A DNA stretch of 48,186 nt from Candidatus Melainabacteria bacterium (GTDB taxonomy: Bacteria > Cyanobacteriota > Vampirovibrionia > 2-02-FULL-35-15). Made by a program: the position numbers and the translations under genes. The notes below the pieces were generated by a model. It did no database searches. It saw only the letters and a list, made by a program, of their open reading frames with translations, and was not told the DNA's origin. Below, one piece after another: positions 8,965-17,676 of this stretch. The stretch covers positions 1 through 48,186 of the forward strand of contig JACOTS010000092.1 in assembly GCA_016178265.1 (NCBI GenBank). Direction: 5' to 3'. Every line of letters starts with the position of its first letter. The first letter of the stretch is position 1.

Positions 8965-10091
8965 GTGGTCACTGAAGATTTTGATTCTCGCAAAACATTT
9001 TGGGCTTTCATGGTCTTTTCAACTTCTTCGTATCTATCTTTTAAATCCGGTTGCTTGTAAACCCACTCTAAATAATCTCTGAAAACATCTTCGAGGGTAT
9101 ATTCATTTTTCCATCCAAGTTTTTTTAGCTTTTCGCTTATAGAAACAGTATGTCTTGTATCACCAAATCTATATAAGCCAGAAATAATAGGTTCAATATT
9201 TTTACCAGTAACTTTAATGAGAGTTTTTGTATAATCAATTAAATTAACTCCACTTATCCCACCTACATTAAATGACTCATAATCAGCATCTTTATTTTCA
9301 AAAACAGCTACATTAGCACTTGCAACGTCTAATACATGCAGGTAATCTCTTTGCTGCTTTCCATCTTCATAGATTATTGGTGGCTTATTATTAATAAGCC
9401 TAAGAGTAAATATCCTGCAGACTCCTGAATAAGCATTAAAAAAAGAATTTCGAGGTCCTTGAACAATTGAATATCTCATAGAAACAGTCGGTATTGAATA
9501 TCTTTTCCCTAATTTATGCGCTAATCTCTCTAATGTTTCTTTGGAGATACCATATGCTGTGAAAGGATTAGTAAAAGTTTCATCAATTAAAACAGGTGTT
9601 ATATGTTTATTACAGCCAGATACTGGACAATACATTTCCCAATCTGCTTTATCTAGCTGTTCAACGCTTCTGCTGTCTGGATGTTGAATACCGTGCTCCT
9701 TACAAATATATTTTCCTTCTCCATAAACAGATTGAGAAGATGAAAGAACAATTTTCTTTATATTTAATTTTTTCTCAACAATTAATTCAAATAAAAGAGC
9801 TGTACTGTAAGCATTAGTCTTAATAAAATTACTGAAATCTTTCATATAATCTTGGTAAGCAGCTAAATGAAAAATACCTTCAACTCCGTTTAATGCTTTT
9901 TCCATTGCAGATCTATCAGCAACATCACCTTGCATAAATTCAACACTAGGATCCAAATACTTAGGTTTACCGTAAGGATGAACTCTAGGTTGCAAAAGGT
10001 CAAGCACCCTCACATCGTAACCTTTACTAAGTAATAGATCTACTGTATGAGATCCAATAAAACCAGCACCGCCTGTAACTAATAATTTCAT
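8961..10091 (-). CDS. NAD-dependent nucleotide-sugar epimerase/dehydratase (extended SDR) with a Cys/His-rich insertion
   Basis: 376 aa. VTGGAGFIGSH, SSSQSVYG ... YGISK catalytic elements. About 35 extra residues (KYICKEHGIQHPDSRSVEQLDKADWEMYCPVSGCNKH) lie between the catalytic Ser and Tyr, compared with the paralog at 301-1260. Confidence 0.8.
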   Translation of the reverse strand: MKLLVTGGAGFIGSHTVDLLLSKGYDVRVLDLLQPRVHPYGKPKYLDPSVEFMQGDVADRSAMEKALNGVEGIFHLAAYQDYMKDFSNFIKTNAYSTALLFELIVEKKLNIKKIVLSSSQSVYGEGKYICKEHGIQHPDSRSVEQLDKADWEMYCPVSGCNKHITPVLIDETFTNPFTAYGISKETLERLAHKLGKRYSIPTVSMRYSIVQGPRNSFFNAYSGVCRIFTLRLINNKPPIIYEDGKQQRDYLHVLDVASANVAVFENKDADYESFNVGGISGVNLIDYTKTLIKVTGKNIEPIISGLYRFGDTRHTVSISEKLKKLGWKNEYTLEDVFRDYLEWVYKQPDLKDRYEEVEKTMKAQNVLRESKSSVTT

Positions 10092-10150
10092 TTTTAATAC
10101 TACGTGTTCATCTACAATACTAAAGTATTATATATTGTTTAAAGAAATTA

Positions 10151-11058
10151 ATGAGCAAAAAGCATAACATACTTATAATTGGTGCAGGAAACATAGGTTC
10201 TAGAAGAGCCCATACGGTACAAAAACTATTTCCTTCTTCTAAATTATATATATTTGACACAGATTTTAAAAAAACAAAGCAGCTTGCAAAAGAAGTTAAT
10301 GGGTTTGCTCTTTCATCTTTAAACAAAGGATTGAAAGATAAATGCTTTGTGAAAAACCAATGGGAATGAATTATAAAGAAGCCAAAGAAATTTACAAAGC
10401 TGTGAAAAAAAACAAAAAAAAGTTTAAATGTGGATTTAATCACAGATATCATGGTGGAATTTTAGAAGCCCATAAATTATGCAAAAAAGGCAAAATAGGC
10501 AATCTTTTATTTATCAGAGCTGCATACGGTCACGGAGGAAGAGTTGGTTACGATAAAGAATGGCGTTCTAAGAAATCTTTTTGCGGAGGAGGGCAGTTAT
10601 TGGATCAAGGTTCGCATCTTATTGATTTATGTCAATGGCTTTTTAATTTTGAAAAGCTTAAGCAAGCCAGTGCTATTAAAAAAACAATGTTTTGGAAAAT
10701 GGGAGTTGAAGACAATGCTTTTATTCTTCTGGAAACAAAGACTGGCAAAGTAGCACAAATACATGCTTCCTGGACTCAATGGAAGAACCTGTTTAGATTT
10801 GAAATCTATGGAACTAAAGGCTCAATAGAAGTAAATGGTTTGGGAAGATCGTATGGCATAGAAACATTAAGTATTTCAACTCGTAAAAAGCTCGGCATAG
10901 CTCCAGTGATAAAGAAAAGACAATATAAGGTTGAAAAATCATGGGAACTTGAATGGCTTGATTTCATTCGTGCAATTAATGGAAACAAAAAAATGATGTC
11001 AAATGAGAAAGAATCACTTGAAGTAATGAAAACCATTAACATTTTATATACAAAATAA
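10151..11058 (+). pseudogene. Gfo/Idh/MocA-family oxidoreductase disrupted by an internal out-of-frame deletion (fragments 10151-10369 and 10342-11058)
   Basis: Fragment 1 carries the Rossmann start ILIIGAGNIGSRR and ends in a shifted frame. Fragment 2 begins MLCEKP (the conserved EKP motif) immediately after a TAA at 10339-10341. Alignment by eye to the intact paralog at 1278-2282 shows about 27 residues (the PDWVFIATPH...GCKV equivalent) missing between LKDK and LCEKP. Confidence 0.55.
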
Positions 11059-11061
11059 TTT

Positions 11062-11775
11062 ATGTACGACTTATCCATAGTAATCCCTGCATATAACGAA
11101 GAAAAAAAAATATCTAATGATATTGAAGCTGTAATCTCTTTCTTCAAAACTAATAAAATTGCAGGACAACTAGTTATTGTTGATGATGGCAGCAAAGACA
11201 AAACAAAAGATGTTTCAGAAAAATATGCACAAGATCATAAGTTTATAAAAGTAATTGCGTACAAAACTAATAAAGGAAAAGGATATGCACTGAGAAAAGG
11301 AATGTTGGAAGCAAATGGCGAGATTATCCTTTTTGCTGATGCTGGATTATGTGTACCATTTGATTGTACCTTTAGGGGCATTGAACTAATAAAAAAAGGA
11401 TATGATATTGCACTTGGTTCAAGAAGAAACAAGGCTTCCAAAATACAGATAAAACAGCCTCTTTATAGGCAATTAGGCGCAAAAGCTTTTATGTTTTTAA
11501 TCAAATTATTTGGAGTTATTCCTCAAGGAGTTGAAGATACTCAATGCGGGTTTAAATTGTTTAAAAAAGATGTGGCACATGATATTTATAAAAGGTGTGT
11601 AATAGATAAATTTATGATTGACTTAGAGATGCTTAGAATTGCAACAAAATCCAAGTATAAGATTGCATCATTTCCGGTAGAATGGTCAAACGATCCAGAC
11701 ACACGGTATGATCCTTTTATAGGAACTGTTCAAAATCTTTTACAAATCTTGAAAATTCTGGTACGAAATTATTAA
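11062..11775 (+). CDS. Family 2 glycosyltransferase, polyprenyl/dolichyl-phosphate beta-glucosyltransferase (ALG5/GtrB) type
   Basis: 237 aa. SIVIPAYNEE, VDDGSKDKT, FADAGL (DxD-like), GSRR and DTQCGFKLF motifs. A9 tract at 11102-11110 near the 5' end. Confidence 0.8.
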   Translation: MYDLSIVIPAYNEEKKISNDIEAVISFFKTNKIAGQLVIVDDGSKDKTKDVSEKYAQDHKFIKVIAYKTNKGKGYALRKGMLEANGEIILFADAGLCVPFDCTFRGIELIKKGYDIALGSRRNKASKIQIKQPLYRQLGAKAFMFLIKLFGVIPQGVEDTQCGFKLFKKDVAHDIYKRCVIDKFMIDLEMLRIATKSKYKIASFPVEWSNDPDTRYDPFIGTVQNLLQILKILVRNY

Positions 11776-11814
11776 GGCGGGTATATAAAATAACACTTAG
11801 GAAAGGAATTCGTT

Positions 11815-12429
11815 GTGAAATATATCAAAACTTATTTGGATCAGACTTCACAAATTGCACAAATGCTGGATCATGGTGCAATAAGCAAAGCAGTATCAAT
11901 TTTAAAAGAGACAAGAGAAAGAAAAGGCAGACTATTTATTTTAGGGGTAGGTGGAAGTGCAGGCAATGCATCACATGCAGTTAATGATTTCAGAAAAATA
12001 GCTGGTATTGAATCCTATGCACCAACAGATAATGTATCAGAACTAACTGCAAGAACAAATGATGATGGTTGGAGTTCGGTTTTTAAAAATTGGCTTTTAG
12101 TAAGCAAATTAAATTCAAAAGACACAATAATGGTATTTTCTGTTGGTGGCGGTAATTTAGAAAAAAATATTAGTGCAAATCTTGTAGAAGCCTTAAAACT
12201 AGCTAAAGAAGTGAGCGCAAATATAATAGGCATTGTCAGCAGAGATGGTGGATACACTAAACAAGTTGCAGATAGTTGTATACTAATCCCTACCATGAGT
12301 CCTGAAACCGTTACACCACATGCTGAAGAATTTCAGGCTATTGTTTGGCACCTTTTAGTTTCACATCCTGACATTCAAAAAAATGAAATGAAATGGGAAA
12401 GTGCTGTTAAATCAACACCAGTAAAGTAA
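11815..12429 (+). CDS. gmhA: SIS-domain sedoheptulose 7-phosphate isomerase (phosphoheptose isomerase)
   Basis: 204 aa. LFILGVGGSAGNASHAVNDFRK SIS motif, followed directly by gmhB (stop and start share position 12429). Confidence 0.75.
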   Translation: MKYIKTYLDQTSQIAQMLDHGAISKAVSILKETRERKGRLFILGVGGSAGNASHAVNDFRKIAGIESYAPTDNVSELTARTNDDGWSSVFKNWLLVSKLNSKDTIMVFSVGGGNLEKNISANLVEALKLAKEVSANIIGIVSRDGGYTKQVADSCILIPTMSPETVTPHAEEFQAIVWHLLVSHPDIQKNEMKWESAVKSTPVK

Positions 12430-13013
12430 TGGGGATGGCAAAAGCAATTTTTTTAGATCGTGATGGTGTAATTAATGAATTGGTTTTTCATCCTAAAACT
12501 AAAGAATATGTGGCTCCGCACTTTCCAGATGAATTAAAACTATTTCCCTGGACTATAGATGCAATTAAAACATTTCAACAATTAGGATACAAGCTTTTTA
12601 TTGTCTCAAATCAGCCTGATTGTGCAAAAGGGAAAACAACTCTTGAAAATTTAAATTTAGTTCATGAAAAACTACACAAAATTTTTATCGAAAATAACAT
12701 TACAATAAGTGAATACTTCTACTGCTATCACCACCCAAATGGAATTAATCCTGAACTTACACAGAAGTGTGAATGCAGAAAACCAGGAATATATTTTTTA
12801 AAACTTGCCAAAAAGAAATTTAACATAGATTTTAAAAAATCATGGTTTATTGGAGATAGAGATACTGATATATATTGTGGCCAAAATGCTGGAACAAAAA
12901 CCATTCAAATAAAAGAAGAGAAATCTCTTGAGTATACAGGTAAAAGCTCTCCTGATTTCATTGCTAATAACCTTAAAGAAGCTTGTGAAATTATTAAAAA
13001 GGAAGGATTATAA
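12429..13013 (+). CDS. gmhB: HAD-IIIA D-glycero-D-manno-heptose 1,7-bisphosphate phosphatase
   Basis: 194 aa. AIFLDRDGVINE (DxDG nucleophile motif), VSNQPD, CxCRKP zinc-site-like CECRKPG, GDRDTD. Classic GmhB/histidinol-phosphatase-like HAD layout. Confidence 0.8.
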   Translation: MGMAKAIFLDRDGVINELVFHPKTKEYVAPHFPDELKLFPWTIDAIKTFQQLGYKLFIVSNQPDCAKGKTTLENLNLVHEKLHKIFIENNITISEYFYCYHHPNGINPELTQKCECRKPGIYFLKLAKKKFNIDFKKSWFIGDRDTDIYCGQNAGTKTIQIKEEKSLEYTGKSSPDFIANNLKEACEIIKKEGL

Positions 13014-13142
13014 GCTGGATATTATGTTGAATTGGCTAGAGATTCAAGGATTTTGAATGAAATTAGCTTAATTTTTGATAGGGGTTTCTCTATCTTAGGG
13101 AATAATAAAAGAGTAAAGGAAAAACACAAAGCAGGTGTATTT

Positions 13143-13892
13143 ATGCCAACAGTAGAAACACAACTTTTAAAATCTGTTACTCCTATAAATAAACTGAAAG
13201 TGAAAATATTTGCTGATGGTGCTGATTTAAATGCCATGATAGAAGCAAAAAAAGATGGAGTTGTTAAAGGTTTCACAACAAATCCAACACTTATGAAAAA
13301 AAACGGGATTAAAGATTATGAAGCTTTTGCAAAAGAGGTTTTAAAACATATTACTGATACTCCAATTTCATTTGAAGTTTTTTCAGATGATTTTGATGAT
13401 ATGGAACGTCAGGCAAAATTAATTGCATCATGGGGTAAAAATGTTAACGTCAAAATACCTATAACAAATACAAAAAGAGAATCTTCAATATCACTGGTAA
13501 AAAAGCTATCCGGTGAAGGACTTTCATTAAATATAACTGCAATACTTACACTAGAACAAGTCAAAGCAGTAAGTGAAGTCCTCAATCCAAATGTTTTTAG
13601 TATTGTTTCAGTTTTTGCCGGGCGTATAGCAGATACAGGCAGAGATCCTGTACCTTATATGCTAGAAGCTGCAAATATTTTAAAACCAATCAAAAATGCA
13701 AACTTGCTTTGGGCAAGTTCAAGAGAACTATTAAATATTTATCAAGCTGAAGCAACTGGATGTCATATCATTACTGTTACATATGATATTTTGAAAAAGC
13801 TCAAAAACGTAAATAAAGGGCTTGCTGATCTCTCCCTTGATACTGTGCAAATGTTTCACAAAGATGCCTCTGAATCAGGATTCAGGCTTTAA
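13143..13892 (+). CDS. Transaldolase / fructose-6-phosphate aldolase family protein
   Basis: The ORF track gives 13032-13892. I prefer the ATG at 13143, preceded by AGGTG 7 nt upstream. [18 protein letters not shown] and VNVKIP (Schiff-base Lys region) motifs of the small TalC/FSA-type transaldolases. Confidence 0.7.
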   Translation: MPTVETQLLKSVTPINKLKVKIFADGADLNAMIEAKKDGVVKGFTTNPTLMKKNGIKDYEAFAKEVLKHITDTPISFEVFSDDFDDMERQAKLIASWGKNVNVKIPITNTKRESSISLVKKLSGEGLSLNITAILTLEQVKAVSEVLNPNVFSIVSVFAGRIADTGRDPVPYMLEAANILKPIKNANLLWASSRELLNIYQAEATGCHIITVTYDILKKLKNVNKGLADLSLDTVQMFHKDASESGFRL

Positions 13893-15490
13893 TCACCAAC
13901 TTTTTCCTCGTGATAGTCTAATTCAACATTTATATTCCACAGGTTATCTTTTGAATTTATACCATTTACTATATTATCAACTGCTGTCATTGCAGCAAGC
14001 ATTGAATGATCTTGATTATTATACCTGTGCATTCCATTTCTCCCTATTAAGAAAAGATTTTCAATCCCATCTACAAAATCCCTAATCTCCTGAAATCTAT
14101 CATAAGTGCCGAAATAAGCAGGATAAGTTTTTGGCATCCTTATCACAACATGATCTAACACATCCTTTTTATCTATAATTTGAATCTTTGCAAGTTCATC
14201 TATTGCAAATCTTGTAAACTCATCATCTGATTTACTCCACAACTCATCACCAATATTACAAAAATACTCCAAGCCAATCCAAACTTTATTTATATCTGAC
14301 ACCATATAAGGACTCCAATTATTAAATATTTGAAGTCTTCCTAGCTTTACATCACTTTCTTGAATGTAAATCCAATTATCAGGAATTAAATTGTTTATTG
14401 TTTTCAATGCTGTATTATTTTTAATCTTAAGTTTATTTAGCAAAAGTCCTACCGTAATAAAATCCCTGTATATTAATCCATCCGCAACTTCTTGAACAGC
14501 TTTGGGTACAACTTCACCAATTGACTTAACGAGATCCTTGACAGCCATTGTAGAAAAAACATGGTCTCCTTTATATGATTTTTCTTCTCCTGTTATATCA
14601 TTTTTCACTTTTACTTCCTGTGTCCTTTTTCCTTGTACTGTTAAACCAATAACTCTATGGTTTAAATAAATTTCTCCTCCTTTGTCTTTTACAATCCTGG
14701 CAACTTCCTCCCACATCTGGCCAGGACCATATTTAGGGTATAAAAACTGCTCAATTAAACTTGTTTCTACTCCTTTTTGAGCAACCGATGAATCTTTAGA
14801 AAATATACTTTTAAGTGCATGCAAAATTGTCTTAGTAACGGATAATCCTTTAATTCGCTGAGCTCCCCATTCAGGCTTAATTTGACTGCATGGAACCCCC
14901 CATACTTTTTCAGTATAGTCTCTAAAAAACGTCTTATATAATTCATTGCCAAATCTATTAATAAAAAAATCTTCAAGTGATTTTTCAGGCTTTATCGGAA
15001 ATAACTTAATCCACAAATAACTTAAACCTATTTTGAATATTCTAAGTATCCCTAAATTACTAATTGTGTTAAGGTTTAGTGATACAGGATAATTAAAAAA
15101 ATGTCTAAGGAAAAAAATTCTTGAAAGACGTTTTCTAATTAACATTACCAAGTCAAACTTTTCAGGATCTGGACCATTTTCTTCTAAGGCTACTGCTTGC
15201 TTTTTACCCTGATAAGATATTTCCAGAATTAAATCATCTTTGGAAGGGGCTCCTTGTATTGGCAATATGTTATTCCACCATTTCATCACTTTATCTGATT
15301 TTGAAAAAAACCTGTGTCCCCCTATATCAATTCTGTTTCCTTTATAATTTACAGTTCTGGCAATACCCCCCATCATGTCACTTGCTTCAAAAATAATTGG
15401 TTTAATATTTGTCTTATGCAATAACTCATAAGCGGCCGTTAAACCAGCCGGACCTGCTCCTATAATAAGTGCTGTTTTTTTGTTATCCAT
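13889..15490 (-). CDS. FAD-dependent oxidoreductase (amine-oxidase / UDP-galactopyranose-mutase-like fold)
   Basis: 533 aa. [17 protein letters not shown] dinucleotide-binding start, GGHRFF motif. Located in the glycan locus; substrate unknown. Confidence 0.7.
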   Translation of the reverse strand: MDNKKTALIIGAGPAGLTAAYELLHKTNIKPIIFEASDMMGGIARTVNYKGNRIDIGGHRFFSKSDKVMKWWNNILPIQGAPSKDDLILEISYQGKKQAVALEENGPDPEKFDLVMLIRKRLSRIFFLRHFFNYPVSLNLNTISNLGILRIFKIGLSYLWIKLFPIKPEKSLEDFFINRFGNELYKTFFRDYTEKVWGVPCSQIKPEWGAQRIKGLSVTKTILHALKSIFSKDSSVAQKGVETSLIEQFLYPKYGPGQMWEEVARIVKDKGGEIYLNHRVIGLTVQGKRTQEVKVKNDITGEEKSYKGDHVFSTMAVKDLVKSIGEVVPKAVQEVADGLIYRDFITVGLLLNKLKIKNNTALKTINNLIPDNWIYIQESDVKLGRLQIFNNWSPYMVSDINKVWIGLEYFCNIGDELWSKSDDEFTRFAIDELAKIQIIDKKDVLDHVVIRMPKTYPAYFGTYDRFQEIRDFVDGIENLFLIGRNGMHRYNNQDHSMLAAMTAVDNIVNGINSKDNLWNINVELDYHEEKVGD

Positions 15491-15629
15491 AAACTACTTT
15501 CAAGACGAGTAAAAGGTTTCTACCTACCACCGGCTCATACACTAGCTAGGTAGTAACCAGGATGCTTTAACTTATGGTATATTATAATTTTCCCTTAGCA
15601 ATCAAATATTTATACTTGGTGAGACAAAT

Positions 15630-16976
15630 TTGAAGATATCAGTTATAGGATTAGGTTATGTAGGATTAGTAACAGGCGCTTGTTTTGCTGAACTTGGGCA
15701 TGAAGTATTAGGAATAGATATTGATGAAAGTAAAATCAAGGCATTAAAAGATGGAGAAATGCCTATTTATGAACCTGGCTTAAGAGAGTTAGTACTTAGA
15801 AACAAAACTGACGGCAGATTAAAATTTCAAAGCTCAATTACAAAAGAGATTGATGATTCTCTTTTAATATTTATTGCAGTAGGAACTCCCTCTTTAGAAA
15901 ACGGGAAATCGGATACCACTGCAGTATACAAAGCCATAGACTCTATAATTCCATACATAAAAAACTATAAAATATTTGTTCTAAAATCAACTGTACCAAT
16001 CGGCACTAATGAAGAATTAAAGAAATATTTAGATAATAAATTGAAAACAGAATTTGATGTTGCATCAAATCCCGAGTTTTTAAAAGAAGGTTCTGCTGTA
16101 AATGATTTCATGAAACCTGACAGAATTATTATTGGAACAAACAGTATCAAAGTGGCAGAAATAATGAAAGAACTGTATTCGCACTTCACAAGAAACGGTC
16201 ACCCAATCCTTATTATGGATACTTGTTCGGCAGAAACTGTTAAATATGCATGCAATTTTATGCTTGCTCTTAAAGTTGCATACATAAATGAAATAGCTTC
16301 TCTTTGTGATGCAATAGGAGCAGATATTAGAAGGGTAAGAGAAGGAATTATCTCTGATCCAAGAATTGGTAAGCAGTTTTTATATCCGTCAATTGGGTAT
16401 GGGGGTTCATGTCTGCCTAAAGATGTAAAAGCACTAGCTGATTTTGTAACTGAAAATAAATTGGATTTATTAATCCCTAAAGCCACTTTAGAATCTAATA
16501 TAAGACATTCAAAAAGATTTGTAAGCAAAATAATTGATTGGTTTGGTAAAGCTGATCTTCAAAACAAAACGCTTGCTGTGTGGGGAATCAGTTTTAAAGC
16601 CGGAACAGATGATATTAGAGAATCGCCTTCGATAAATATTATTGAAGGGCTTCTGGAAAAAGGGATAAAGCTTAGATTATATGATCCAATTGCACTAAAA
16701 AATGCTAAAAAGCATTTTGCAAATGATCCTAAAACACAAAATATTTATCTGGCATCTAGCGAGATGGATGCAGTAAAAGATTCGGATGCTCTTGTTGTTT
16801 GCACCGAGTGGTTACAATTTAGAAATCCTGATTTTGAAAAACTTGCATCAATATTAAAAGAGAAAGTAATATTTGACGGCAGAAACCTCTATGACCCTGA
16901 AAAGTTAAAGTTATACGGCTTAACCCATATGGGTGTTGGTGTTTTCTCTTCAAAGATTAGATCAAAGGTTAAGTAA
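15630..16976 (+). CDS. ugd: UDP-glucose 6-dehydrogenase
   Basis: 448 aa, TTG start with GGTGAG upstream. KISVIGLGYVGLVTGACFAE, NPEFLKEGSAV, GYGGSCLPKD (catalytic Cys), GISFKAGTDDIRESPS. Confidence 0.9.
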   Translation: MKISVIGLGYVGLVTGACFAELGHEVLGIDIDESKIKALKDGEMPIYEPGLRELVLRNKTDGRLKFQSSITKEIDDSLLIFIAVGTPSLENGKSDTTAVYKAIDSIIPYIKNYKIFVLKSTVPIGTNEELKKYLDNKLKTEFDVASNPEFLKEGSAVNDFMKPDRIIIGTNSIKVAEIMKELYSHFTRNGHPILIMDTCSAETVKYACNFMLALKVAYINEIASLCDAIGADIRRVREGIISDPRIGKQFLYPSIGYGGSCLPKDVKALADFVTENKLDLLIPKATLESNIRHSKRFVSKIIDWFGKADLQNKTLAVWGISFKAGTDDIRESPSINIIEGLLEKGIKLRLYDPIALKNAKKHFANDPKTQNIYLASSEMDAVKDSDALVVCTEWLQFRNPDFEKLASILKEKVIFDGRNLYDPEKLKLYGLTHMGVGVFSSKIRSKVK

Positions 16977-17017
16977 TGTCATTGCCAACGATATAGTACA
17001 ATATATCCATATGACAT
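16975..17017. repeat. Partial copy of the ATGTCATTGC element between ugd and phoU
   Basis: AATGTCATTGC at 16975-16985 overlaps the ugd TAA stop. A short complementary arm ATGACAT at 17011-17017 coincides with the phoU start codon. Confidence 0.45.
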
Positions 17018-17676
17018 CTACTATACGTACAACTTTTCAGGATGAACTTATAAAGCTCCATAATTTGGTGCTAGATCTTGCTAATAAAGTCAGTGCTAAT
17101 GGTGAACTCTTGCTCAAAGCATTACAAGATAAAGATCGTGTTCATGATTACTTCTTAAAAATTAAATCTACTGACAAAGAAGTTAATGCCGCAAGATGGC
17201 AAGTACATGATTTTGGAGATCAGCTTATAGTACTACAACAACCTGTTGCAAAAGACTTTAGACAAATTATTACTTCAGTTCAGGTTACTGACAATTTGGA
17301 AAGAATAGGAGATCATTTTAAAAAAGCAGCAAGGTTTCTTGAAAAAGCAGATTTGAAAGAAACTGAAATACCTGAAGAAATTATTGAGATGGCAAAGCTT
17401 GGTCTAAAAATGTTAAATCAAGCAATTAATGCATACTCAGAAATATTTCAAGGTAAAACAAATGAGATCGCAAGTATCGATGATGCAGTAGATACTTTAT
17501 ACAAGCAAGCAATTAAAACGGTAGTTAAGCTTTTAAAACAAGCTTCTGAAGAAAAAATTGACGGTTACTCACAACTATTTTTTATTGCCAGGTGCTTTGA
17601 AAGATCAGCAGATCATTCAGCTAAAGTAGGTGAATTGGTTAATTTTGCAATTACTGGAAAAAGAAATATTAGTTAA
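17011..17676 (+). CDS. phoU: Phosphate signalling/transport regulator PhoU
   Basis: The ORF track starts at 16933, overlapping ugd. The ATG at 17011 gives a 221-aa protein. Two PhoU repeats with ERIGDH and ERSADH motifs. Confidence 0.8.
   Translation: MTSTIRTTFQDELIKLHNLVLDLANKVSANGELLLKALQDKDRVHDYFLKIKSTDKEVNAARWQVHDFGDQLIVLQQPVAKDFRQIITSVQVTDNLERIGDHFKKAARFLEKADLKETEIPEEIIEMAKLGLKMLNQAINAYSEIFQGKTNEIASIDDAVDTLYKQAIKTVVKLLKQASEEKIDGYSQLFFIARCFERSADHSAKVGELVNFAITGKRNIS

Noticed and set aside
10120-10452. 110-aa minus-strand ORF spanning the junction of the broken Gfo/Idh/MocA gene.
   Set aside because: It is antisense to recognisable Gfo/Idh/MocA coding sequence on both sides of the deletion and has a Phe-rich low-complexity translation. 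It is most likely a shadow ORF.
15521-15588. 7-bp inverted repeat CTACCTA...TAGGTAG (loop ~20 nt) and a TATAAT hexamer at 15583-15588 upstream of ugd, considered as operator and promoter.
   Set aside because: The stem is short and the loop long. No convincing -35 element lies at the proper spacing. TATAAT-like hexamers are frequent in this AT-rich sequence, so it is not reported as a feature.
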